In this document: positions 7,601 to 19,600 of the stretch, piece by piece
Numbering within the stretch: the stretch's first letter is position 1
Layout of the letters: each line of letters opens with the position of its first letter
Origin: Chthoniobacterales bacterium
GTDB lineage: Bacteria; Verrucomicrobiota; Verrucomicrobiia; Chthoniobacterales; Chthoniobacteraceae
DNA: 64,000 nt
Assembly: GCA_038207335.1 (NCBI GenBank)
Contig: JBBQZX010000016.1
Coordinates: 1-64,000 of the forward strand
Direction: 5' to 3'
Position numbers and translations under genes: made by a program
Notes under the pieces: generated by a model
Databases searched by the model: none
Seen by the model: the letters and a program-made list of their open reading frames with translations, nothing else
What the model was told of the DNA's origin: nothing

Positions 7601-10600
7601 CACGAGGTTGAGCTGCGGCGCGGCGGAATTCAGCTCGAGCGGGAGGAGAGCCATGTTCGGCACGATGACGGTGCCGCCCGCGCTGATGGTGTACGGCACG
7701 CCGGCATCGACGCCGATGATGCGGATGCCGCTGACGACTTGCGGGAGGTTCGTGATGAACGGCACGGAATTGAACGCACCGTCGGCGAAGATGAGGTCGT
7801 TGCCGTCGCCGCCATTGATCGTGTCGTTGCCGCGTTGGCCGAAGAGCAGGTCGTCGCCCGAGTCGCCGTTGATGATGTCGTTGTCCGCGGGCACGAGGTC
7901 GATCAGCAGGAGCTCCGTGGCCCACGCGCCGGTGTCGCTGTTGATGAGCTTCGCGCCGCTCGGCAGGTAGAGGCCGGCGAGAATGGCGAGGTCGGCTCCG
8001 AGGAGTTTCGCGGCGAGCGCGGGGTCGTCGAGGCGCAGCGGATGCGAGTCCATTTGGATCACACCTGTCAGGTAGCCCACGTCTTCGAGGAAGATGTCAC
8101 GGTGCCATGAGCCGTTCGAGTTCAGCCGCGGCGTGCCGTCGGCGTTGAAGGCGCGCAACGCATATCCGCTGTCGCCGAGGACCACGTCGTTGCCGTCGCC
8201 GCCGCTCGCATTGTCCGACCCGAGGCCGCCATAGACTTCGTCGTCCCCTGCCCCGCCGTCGAGAATGTCGTTGCCGCGCTGTCCGAAGAGAATGTCCTGG
8301 CCCGCGCCGCCGAGCAGCGTGTCGTTGCCGCCGATGAAGTCGATGTCATCGAAGCGGAAGACGGTGCGAATGACGATGGTCGAGAAGACGCCGGTGTAGG
8401 TGCGCCACGCGGACGGGAAGCCCGGCAGCACTTCGCGGGAAATGATGCCGTTGTCGCCGAGCACCACGTCTTCACCATCGCCGCCGTCGATGAAGTCGTT
8501 GCCATCCGCGCCGTAGAGGACGTTGTGCCCGCCGATGATGTCATCCTGCCCGGCGTCGCCGAAGATGCGATCATTCCCCTGCTGCCCGAGGATGAAGTCG
8601 TCGCCCGCGTCGCCGTGGATCGTGTCGTTTCCGCCGCCATCCGCGGTGGTGATGAAGATCGACACGAAGTTCTGATTCGCGGGCAACGAGGCGTCGTAGC
8701 GGCCGTGGTCGCCGAGGATCACGTCGTGGCCGTTGCCGCCTGAGATCGTGTCGTCACCGGTGCCGCCGAAGATGTAGTCCGCGCCGTCCTCGCCGAAGAT
8801 CGTATCGTTGCCGCCGAGGGTCGGGTCGGTGCTGTAGAAAGTGGCGAGGCTGCGGTCCGCGGCGAACTCGAACACACCGTTGTCGCCGAGGATGAAGTCG
8901 TTGCCCCCGCCCGCGTGGATCGTGTCGCCGCCCGCGCCGCCGGCGATGATGTCGCTCGCGCCGCCGGTCGTGATGAAGTCGTCGCCGCCGATCGCCGGGT
9001 CGGTGGTGAAGAGCCGCACGACACGGCCCGTGAGGTCGAAGATCGCGACGCCGTTGTCTCCGAGGACAAAGTTCCGCGAGGTTGGATTGACGGTCACGAT
9101 TGTGTCGCCTGCGGCTCCGCCGAGGATCACGTTTCCGCTGTCGCCGCCGGAAATCGTGTCCGCGCCGCCAATCGCGGGATCGGTCGTCTCGGCGCGCAGC
9201 AGGATGCCCGTGGCGGCGTCGAAAACCATGCGCCCGTTGTCGCCGATCACCACGTCGAAAGCCGTGTCGCCTCCCGCTCGGATGATGTCGCCGCCCTCGC
9301 CGCCGAGGATGAAATTCGCGCCGAGGCCGGCGGTGATCGTGTCGCTGCCACCGATGGCAGGGTCGGTCGTGTGGACATCGACGAGCACGCCCGCGACGAA
9401 GCTCGCGATGCCGTTGTCGCCGACAAGCACGTCGGCCTGCACATCGGCGAGAATGTTGCCCGATGCGAAGCCGTAGATCGTGTCGTTGCCCGCGCCGCCG
9501 AATATCAGGTCGCGGCCTTCGCGTCCGCTGATCGTGTCGTTGCCACCGACGCCGGCGAACTCGGTGAAGGCGAGGGTCGCCGTGCGGATCGTGCCGTCCG
9601 TGAAGTCGCCCGGACCCGCGTGGCCAAATGCCGCGACGACATTCGAGCCGTCTTGATAGAGCACGCGGCCGCGGTCGCCGAAGATGATGTCGTTCCCCTG
9701 CCCGCCCGTGATGTCGTCGTCGCCCTGGCCGCCAAAGATGATGAGCGGCAGAGTCGAGCCCGCGGCGTGGACTTTATCGTTGTCCGACACGAGCGGCTGG
9801 TTGTTGTAAGCGCCCTGCGTATTCAGCACGAAGAAGTCGTCCTGGCCCGCGGTCAGCGCGACGGTCACGTCGTCGTCGCCGAGGCCGGTGTTCAACGTCG
9901 TGACCGTGCGCAGACCGGGCCGGCGAATCGTCCCATCGATCGCGATCGTGTCGTTGCCGAAGCCAGACCAGAACGTGACTCCGCCGGCAAAATTGCCGCT
10001 CGCTTTATCCGCGCCAAACGTAATGAGGCCGGGCGCGAGTCCACTCACGAGAATTTCCGCGGACGGCAGGCCGATGCCGGTGAAGTTGTCCGTGATCGCG
10101 ACGTTCGAGTCGCCGAGGGTCGCGGCTTCGTCGGAAATCATCAGCGTCTGCCGGCCCGCGCCGCCGTCGATGTTTAGGATGCCGCGGATGTCGTCGAGAG
10201 TGCCGTTGAGGTAATCGTAGCCCGCGATGTTGTCCGGGCGGCGGTCGGCCTGCGACGAAATGTAAATGCGATCGTCGCCGTCGTGCGTCCGCACATTCGT
10301 GACCGCGCCGTCGGCGGTGCCGCGGATGTTGAAGATGTCGCTGCCCGCGCTGAGGTCGATATTCAGCTCCTCGAACGCATAGTAATGGATGCCCTCGAGC
10401 TGCGTCGCGAGCGTCGCGGTGCCGCGCGCATTGCTGCCGGAGACGATGTTGTCGAGCAGGTCGCCGTCGAGGTCGCCGGGCACGATGCGGAGGTCGCTGA
10501 ACTCGCCTTGGAACGTGACGACATAGACGCTGCCCTGCTTCGTCACCGCGACATTTGCGGAGTGCGGCGCGTCGGTCAGCGGCGTCGTGGCATTGCGCGA

Positions 10601-13600
10601 ATTGAGCAGCGGATCGAGCGCGGCTAGCACGTCGTTGGCGGAGGCGTTGAAGGCGATCGGCTGCGTGTAAGTCAGCCCGCCCGGCAGGCGCAGGCCGATG
10701 CGGAAGGTGCCGCCGGTGGCCTTGATCGTGATCGTCTGTGGCGGCAGCGAAATCGTCGCCGCGCTGAGGTCCGACGGCTGGATTGAGTAGTTCGCGTATT
10801 CGCCCTGGAAGGTGAAGACGAAGCCGCCCGCCTGCTGGGTGACCGCGACGTTGTCGGTGTGCGGGATGTCGAGGTCGGCGTTGTTCGGGTTGAGGATCGG
10901 GTCGAGGAATTTGCGGAGTTCTGCGGCGGTCGCGCCGACCGGAATCGCGCCGGTCGTGACGGTCGTGCCATTGATCGAGGGGACGTAAGGCGCGCCGATC
11001 ACCGGCACGCCGAGGCTCGTGACGCCGAGCCCATGCTGGATCGCGAAGATCGCGTCGGCGGTGAGGCGGAAGCTGATCGTGAATGTGCCGGTCGTGGAGT
11101 TGAGATTGATGACCTGCTGGATGCCGAGGCCGCTGCCGGGAACGGTCGTGCCGTCGCGCACGGTGGACGTGACGACGAATGCCGAGGAGTCGTCCGAGGC
11201 GACGAGCTGCGTCGCCGCGAGGTAGCTGGAAAACGCGTCGGTGAGCAGCGCGCGGTTGAGGTCGGCGAGCTCGCTGCCGAGCGGGTTGCGCGAGATCAAA
11301 GTCAGCGTGACGGGCTTCAGCAAGACATCGGCGAAGGTCGTGGCGTCGTAGAGCGAGACGCCGCTGGAGATGATGGAATTGAAGCCCGAGAGCAGCGCGG
11401 CGCGGAGTTGCGCGTCGGTCGAAGCAGTGTTGTCCACGACCGCGAGCGCCGCGGCGGGCAGGCGCACGCGGAGCAACGCGACGATCGCGGCCGGGAGCGG
11501 ATTCACTGCCGCCGGAGTGCCGCGCAGCTCGCTCGCGAGGTTTAGCCCATTGCTCAAATCGGTCGGCGCGAACACTCCGGGCAGCCAGGTGATTTGACCG
11601 AAGTCGCGGCCCGCGAATCCGCGCGCAAACGTGATGGTGTAAGTCTTGTCGGCTGGCGTGATCGAGACGCTGACCTCTATATTCGGCGCGCCGTAAGCCT
11701 CGCGGAGCGCGGCGGAAACCTCGGCGGCGGTCATGCTGTAGCTCAGCACCACGTCGGCGAAATTCGCGCTGCGGACGACCGTGTTCGACGACGGGAGATT
11801 CGGCGCGGCGTCCGCCGCCGGGATGCGCAGGACGTAGCTGCCGCTCGCCGCCTGCACGGTGAACCGCTGCGTCTCCGACAGCGTAAACATATTCAACCCG
11901 GTGATCGTCGTCGCGGTCAGCGTGCTCGTGTTTCCGAGCGGCACCGGCGCATTCTGCACAACGATCGTCCACGCGAGCTGCGGCGCGCCCGTGCCGGTCA
12001 GCGACACAGCGAAGGTTGTCGTCGCGCCGTCGCGCGTCTCGGTGACGGTGAGGTTATTCGTCCCGAAGAGCGTGCGGAGCGCCTGCTGGATTTGCGCACC
12101 GCCCATGCTGAAATCGAGCGCCGCTTCCGCATAGCCGGAGAAGCGCGTGATGCCCGCGGAATTCGAGAGCGGCAGCCCGAAGCCCGTCGTGCGCAGGATG
12201 TAGCGGCCATTCGCCGCCTGCACGACGGTCGTGCGCGCGTCATCGACATCGAGCTCGCCGGGCTTCGTCGTCGTGAGGATTCCGATGCTCGTGTTGTCGA
12301 GCAGGTTCAGCACGTCGCGGCCCGCACCGCCGTCGAGGACGAGCTGGCCGTTGAGCTGGGCGACGACGAGGTCGTTGCTGTGGAGGTTGATCGTGTCATC
12401 GCCGTTGCCAGTGCGGATGATCGTGTGGCCGAGGATCGTCTTCACATCGACGATGTCCGCGCCGTCGTTCGAGTCGATGATCGTGAGGCCGCGATGCGTG
12501 GACTCGACCGTGAAGTGGTCGTTGCCCGAGCCGAGCTGAATATTCACGACCTCGAGATTCGTGTAGCTGATGCCGCCGGAGAACGCACGCCCGCCGACGA
12601 CCGTCGCACCGCCCATGCCGAGCCCGGTGATCGTGTCCTCGGTCAGCGTGCCGCGATCGTCCGCCGGGCTGTCGGCGTTGAAGACGTTCAGCACATCGAC
12701 CTGCTCGCTCTCGATGACACGCGTGTTGAGATTTACCGGCGCGTAGAAATACGAGTCGCCAATTTGCACGGCCTTCAGCGTCAGCAGGCCGTCCACGATC
12801 GTCGGCAGGTAGTTGCGCCCGCCGAATTGCGTGTCGGCGAGCAGCACGCTGAGCAGGCCCGCGATCACGTCCGCCGCGCGGTCGCCGGGGCGTGTCGTGT
12901 AGGTGAAAGTGTGGCTGTCGAGCGTGACCGCGACGCTCGCCGGAATCGCGGTGCCGGTGAAGCCGATCGTCGCACGCTCGAGCCGCGTCGCATCCGTGCG
13001 CGCCGGCGTGCCGGTCAGCACGAGCCCGCCGGAGACGCTCGCGAGGAACGGCGTGGCGACCTGCGGCCCGGTCTTCAGCAGCAGCGTGTCGCCGGTGACG
13101 CCGGGCTGGAACGCACTGCCGAGCGTGCCGGCGAGGATGCCTGCCACGCCTGCGGGCACGCCGACGGTGTCGGCCAAAATCGCCGCATTCAGCGCCGCCG
13201 TCAGCCCGCCAATCGGGTCAGCGCCGGCGGGTGCGGTAGCGGTGAAAGTAAGACCCGCGAATGAAATCGTGGCCACGTCGCCCGGCCTGACATCGCCGCT
13301 GAAGACCCACGCCGCCTGCGTCCATTTCTGGCCCGGCAGCAGCGCGACAGGCGTGCCGCGAATCGCCGCGTTGACCGTGCTCAAGGCGTTTGGCGCAAAG
13401 TTGAAAGTGAACGGCGCGCCGCCCTTCGTGAGGATGAGGCGGTTGCCAAAAACGCTGGCGAAGAAGTCGATCGTGTAAGCGCCCGGCACAACCGCGCGCA
13501 GTTTCTCGATCATCTCGAGCAGGCTCGAAGTGTCGGGCGTGATCGCGCCGCCGAATGCGTCGTCGATCAGCAGGCGATTGAGCCGCGCGAGCGCGTCGCC

Positions 13601-16600
13601 GGTCGGATTTTGCGCGAGCAGGTCGATCGTGTCGAAGGAAAGAACGACGCCTTGGAAATCGGCAAGCGCGTTCAGCGAAGTGCTGCCCTCGATGATACCG
13701 TTGAGCTTCGGCAGGAGGATCGCGAGCTTCGCGGCATCGCTCGCAGCGGGATCGACCAGCGTCGTTTTTTCCGCGGTGCTGAAGAGGCTCCAGACGTAGG
13801 TCAGCGGGCCTTCGAGCGCCGCGCCGCCGTTCGAGACAGGCGCACCGCTGAGTTTCAGGATCGCGTTCGCGAGGCTGGCGACGTCGCCTTTCGCCAGGGT
13901 GATGCTGCGGATGACGTAATCGGTGCCGTCGAGCGTGACGGTCCATTTTTCGTTGCGGCTCGCGACGCCGGAGAGGCTGAGCTGCACGCTGCGCCAATTG
14001 ATCGTGGCGACCTGCGCCGGGTCGGGAATGCCGGTGAAGGTGATCGCGCCGTTGCCACTCAGCGAGACGCCCGCGGTGAACGGGTTGCGGAAGCCGACGC
14101 TGAGGATGTTACGGTTCGTGCCGAAGAGGTCGATCGAGTTGTCCAGCGCGCCGCCGTCGAGCAGCGTGACGTTGTAGAGGAAGAGATTCGAGCGCGGGTC
14201 GAAGCCGAGGCGCTCGCCGTACTTCGGCAGCGTGTGGATGGCGAAAGTGTCGGTGAAGCGGTCGAGCGGGCCGCTGGCGACCGGGCCGTAAATGCGGCCG
14301 TCTGGCAGCGGGTAATTCGTCTCCCCGGGCAGGCGGAACGGGTTATTTAGGAACGCGTCCTCGGTCACGCCGATGCCGCCATTGATGATGAGCGGCCCGC
14401 GGATTCCATTCACGCGCTGCTCGGGCGAGGCGAAGACGAGCGCGTCGGAGCCGTCCACGATTTCATCCGAAATGGCCTCGACGAACACGTCCTGCGCGGC
14501 GTTCCACTTCGCGAGCAGCACCCACTCGGTGCCCGCGCCGAGGTAGGTCAGGTTGTTCGTCGTGTCGTAGTAAATCTGGCCGTCGGTCGCCGCGCCGGTC
14601 GGAGCCGCGGTGCCGCGCGTGATCGCCGCATTGGCCGCCCATGAGTCGGGCGCGAAAATCACAATCGGCGTGACGAGCGACGGCGTCTCGTAGGTCGGCG
14701 TGACGATGAAGGACGCCGTGATGCCCGCGCCGCCGATCCGCGCGATGTCGAGCGACGCGCCATTGACCGTGAACGTGTAAAGCGTGCCGAGGCCGAGGCG
14801 GTTGAATTCCGCGAGGAGGCCATTCGCGACCACAGCCAGCGTGTCGCCGGGACGCGCGATGTATTTCACCTCGTTCGAGTCGAGCGTCAGCTTCCAGATT
14901 TCCGGCGCTTCGCCTTCGCCGTTCGGATGGCCGTTCAGCACGACATGCACGCTCATGAATGCGCCGAGCGCATCGCGCGGTCCGGTCAGCGCCGCGCCGT
15001 TGCGATCCGGCGTGACGTTGAAGGCGAGCGTGAACGGATTGCCGCCGAATCTGACGAGCAGCTTCGTCGCATCCGTCGAGTCGAGCGTGACGCTGAAATT
15101 CGCGAAGCGCGCCACCGCCGCAAACCCATCGCGCACGAACGCCGCGATCAGCCCGGCGGCGATGTCCGCGAGCGTGTCGCCGACATTGACGTGATAGCTC
15201 AGCGACTCGCCGTTCAGCGTGAGTTTCCAGACTTCCGGCGTCGGGAAGCGCACCGTCGGCGTGCCGATGAGTTTCACTTCCGCAGCGGTGAGTTCACCCG
15301 CGGTGTAAGTCCGTGCGATGCTCGCGCCGCCGCGGCTCAGGATGACTTGGGCAAAGAACGGGACGTTCGTCGAAGTGATCGTGACCGTCGTGCCGGAGAC
15401 GGTGGCGATGTAGCGCGCAGTGACATCGACTTTTGCGCGGAGAGCGGAGGCGATGGTCGCGAGCGTGTCGCCCGACTGCACGATGTAGCTGAAGGTTTCG
15501 GCCTGCTTCGCTGCGTGAGTCGGCGAGGTCGTGTCGGCGGAAGTGAGTTGGAATGTCCAGACTTCGCCGGGCGTGACCGGTCCGCGGAGCTGGATGGTCG
15601 CCTGCTGCGTGGCGACGCGGACTTGAACGGCTTCGTTCCGGCCGTTGTTGCGCGTCGAGTCAAAGGCGAGGTCGGAGTTGTAGGTCTTGGTGAGCGACGG
15701 CACCGCGTGGAGATAGACGAGCTGCGTCGGGTTGCTCGAGAGCGTCACCGAGTAGCTGTCGGTCGTTGGCGCTTTGTTGTAGGTGCCGGGGAATTCCTCG
15801 CTGATGTGGTAGGAGATTTCGAACTTGCTCGTGTCGTCCGGCGTGGCGCTCCAGACGCGGTCGAGCGTGTATTCTTTCGACTCCGCGTCGTATCCGAGAA
15901 TCTGTGCGGTCTGACCTTTGCCCGTGCCATCGACGATCGTGATCGTCTTGCCGACAAGCCCGATGGCCTGCGGATTCGTGTCATGGCCTTGGAGCGAAAT
16001 GTTCAGCTCGTAGCTCTGCCCGCCGATCACGCCGGTGACCTGATGATCGCTGACGTAGTAGGAACTCGGGATGCCGAAGAGCCCGAATTCGTCGTAGTCG
16101 ATGTATGAGCTGACGCGGACGAAGTAAGTGCCGGGCGTCGTGATGTCGTATTCGAGGAAGGCGTCGCGGCTGTTGTCGCTGCCGGGATCGATGATGTTCT
16201 GGTGTCCGGGAGTCGCGACGTGGTCGATCGCGAGCGGCGCGGGGTCGGGCTGACCGGCGACGAATTGCGCCGCGCTGAAGAGCTCCAGCACCGTGCTCGC
16301 CGTGTAGCCGAAGATGAACTCGCGGCCGAAGACCAGGCTGCTCTTGTCGATGTCGAGCACGACGTGGACGGAGCCGCCGCGCTTCACTTGGAGCACGAAA
16401 GGATTGAGCTGGTTTGTATCCCGGTCCGTCACCGTGAAGCTCACCCCGCCAGCCGTGTAGCTTACGCTGTAGGTCGGATTGCGCGTGTTGTTCGAGGTAT
16501 CCGTCACCGCGCCGGTCAGAACGGGCACGTTGAATTTGCCCGGAGTGAGGAACGTAACCTGCCACGGATTTTGCAGCGTGCCGGCGCCGGTCACGGACAC

Positions 16601-19600
16601 GCTGAGGTGCGTGCCGTCGGTCAGCGTGATCGCGTCGAGCGCGGCTTCGACCGCCGCGCGATCGGTCTCGCGATCCGCTGCCGCGATTGTTGGATCGCTG
16701 TTGATCGTCGAACGGATCGTCAGCGGAGTGGTCGTCCGCACGACCGCATCCGCGGCGGAGCCTTCGCGGAAGGACAGCGTGAACGTTCCACTGGTTGCGT
16801 TGAGCCAGACTTGCTGGACTTCGTTCGCGAGGCCGTTTCCGCCGATGGTCGTCTTCACCGAGACCGCTCCGCGAATCGCAGCGACGAGACCCGCGGCGAC
16901 CGTGCTCAACGTCCGCGGCGCAGGCAGCAGGCTCGGCACTTCATACTCGTAGTATTGGTTGTCGAGAGTCAGCCGCCACACGTCGCCCGCGCGCAGTCCG
17001 CCGGAGTTCGGATCGGACGCGAGCGTGATCGTCGCCGCCGGGCGGTAGTGGGCGCGCGCCGTGCCGTCGCCGTTCAGGTCGAGCGTGCTGGTGAAGCTGT
17101 AGGAGCGCAGGAATTGCGCGGACGAATCGAACGTCGCGTTGTTGTTGCCGAACCGGATCGGGGCGCCGTCGTCGCGTGAGATGTCGATGACATTGCTATC
17201 CGTCGCATTGGTTCCCGCGTTGTAGGTCGCGACAGGAAGTTTCGCGGCAAGCCCGGCAGTCACGTTGGCGAAGGTCGCCGCCGTCGCCGCGAATTTGTAG
17301 GAGGTCGCCACTCCGCTGTCATTCTTGATGAAGATCGTGAACTCGTCGTTCGCCAGCACGCCGTTCGCGGTATCGAGCGACAGCGTCTGCTTTTGGTCGG
17401 GCTTGAGCGTTCCTTCGACGATGAAGCCGCCATGCACCGGCGGGATCGCCACGGATACCTTGCCGTCATTCGCATCGACCGTGGCCGCGCCGAAAGTCGA
17501 GAGGTAGATGATCTTCCCTTCCGCGACCGCGGCGCGATCGGTGCCACCGCCCGCATCCGCCGCATCGGCTAGGCGCTTGGCGATCGTTGTCAAAGTATCG
17601 GCCGCGATGACAGTCGTGGAGTAAGACGCGCCGCCGAAACTCAGCGTCCACACATCGCCGACGCTCGTCGTGCCAGCAAGGTCGCGGCCGATGGTGGTGA
17701 CCACCGCGCCCGAGCGCGTGATGCTATCCGGCGAAGTCACCGTGAGGCTGCCAGCGTCGAAGCTGCTGAAGTTCGTGCTGATCTCCGTGATGACCAGCGT
17801 GTCGATGCCCTCACTGCTCGCGACGTAGTTGCCAGCGGCGAAGCCCGTAATGGCTGCGACCGCGCCTGAAATTATGTCGCTGTAACCGCCCGCGCCGACC
17901 GTGACGCTCACGACGCCCGCCGTGTTGCCAGCGCCACCGCCGGGGAGGCTGAAGGCCCATGTGTCGCCCGCATTCGCATTGCCCGTGAGCTTCACGATCG
18001 CGGTGTAAGGCGCGGTGACGGCGGTGACCGACGCCTGACCCGTGACCGTCACGGCGACCGTGAAGTTTGCGTTGTCCGAGAGCGTCAACTCCGCGCCATT
18101 GAGCGTGACCGTGTTGATGCCCGCCGCGAGGATTTTCGTCCGCAGCGAAGTCGCGAGGGCGGACAACGTCGGCGGCGTGCCGGTCGCCGGAATGACCTCT
18201 GTGACCGTCGAGTGTCCGCCGGTGAATGTCAGCGTCCACGTTTCACCGAGCGCCGGGATGCGCAGCAGCGTGATCACCGCGGACTTCGAATCCGGCGCAG
18301 TGACCGTGGCGGGCAGGATCGTCACGCTGACCGTGCCGATCGCGCCGCTGATTTTCGTGAAAGGGATCGTCCATTTCCCGCCGACGAGCCGCGCCTTGGC
18401 CGCGTAATCCGTGCGCGCGTCGATGTTCGCCGCGATAGCCGTGACGACCGCTTGCAGCGTCGCGCTCGCGGGCACCACGTAGTCGTAAGTCACCGTCGTG
18501 CCGAGGGTCACACGCCAGACTTCGCCCTCGTGCGGCGTGCCGTTGAACTCGAGCGCCTTGGTCTGCTGATTCGCCGCCGGACTGCGATCAGTGAAGTCCA
18601 CCGTGATCGCACCCGGCGCGGCGACGAGCCCACGCAGATTTGTCGGGAACGCGTTCCCATCGATGCGCGTCAACACGAGTTTGTTGCCGGTCTCGGCACG
18701 GGCCACGTAGTTGTCGGTCGCCGTGTTGATGCTCGCAACGAGGGCGTCGATCACAGTGCCGAGCGTCTCGCTGTTGCCGACGACGGTGTGGGTGTAAAGC
18801 TGCGTCGGGCCGCTGCCGCTGACGATCTGCCACACCTCCCCGGCTTGCGGCGTGCCGCTGAAAGTGAAGATCGTCGAGACTGCCGTATTCGTCGCGACGA
18901 CCGCGGCGCTCGGACTGGCCACGGTGAAGGTCGCGGTGAACGGATTGCTCGCCGCGTCGTTCGGGACGATGACCAAATGATACGGGCTCGCCGCCGTGCC
19001 GCTGCCGGTGACGCTCGCGGTGAAGTGGTTGTCCGTGTCGTTGTTGATCGCGGTGCGCAGATTAGTCGCGACCGCCTGCGCGCCCTGCCCTGCCGCGATA
19101 GTGTAGGCGAAAGCCTCGCCATTCAGCACCAGCGTCCACCGGTCTCCCACGCGTGCGGGCTCGGCAATGATGAAGTCCGCGCTCGACCACTGCGCCGTGC
19201 CGAACTGGGCCTGGAACGGCGTGCCACCGATCGTGAGCGCGCTCTGGGAAACCGTGCTCGTGACGCCGGTCGCCAGCGTGAAGCCGGTCGCTGCCGGGGG
19301 CTTGAGAATGGTAATCGCGAGGCCGTTGCGCGTCGCGCTGTAGCCCGTGGGAATCTGCGCGAGGAGCGACGCTGCGACGCTGTCGAGAGTCGTCGCCGAG
19401 CCGGTGACATTCACTGTGTAGGCCGTGCCATCGAGCGTGATCGTCCACGCGTCGCCGGCCGCCGCGTTCGTGTTCGCGCCCGCGCCGAGTGTCACGGTCG
19501 CAGCCGTGTATTGCAGCAGCGGACGGCCCGCGACATTGAAGACGCCAAACGTATTTTCGCCCGCGACATTCAGCGCGAGCCGGAAGCCGTCGGCATTTGA

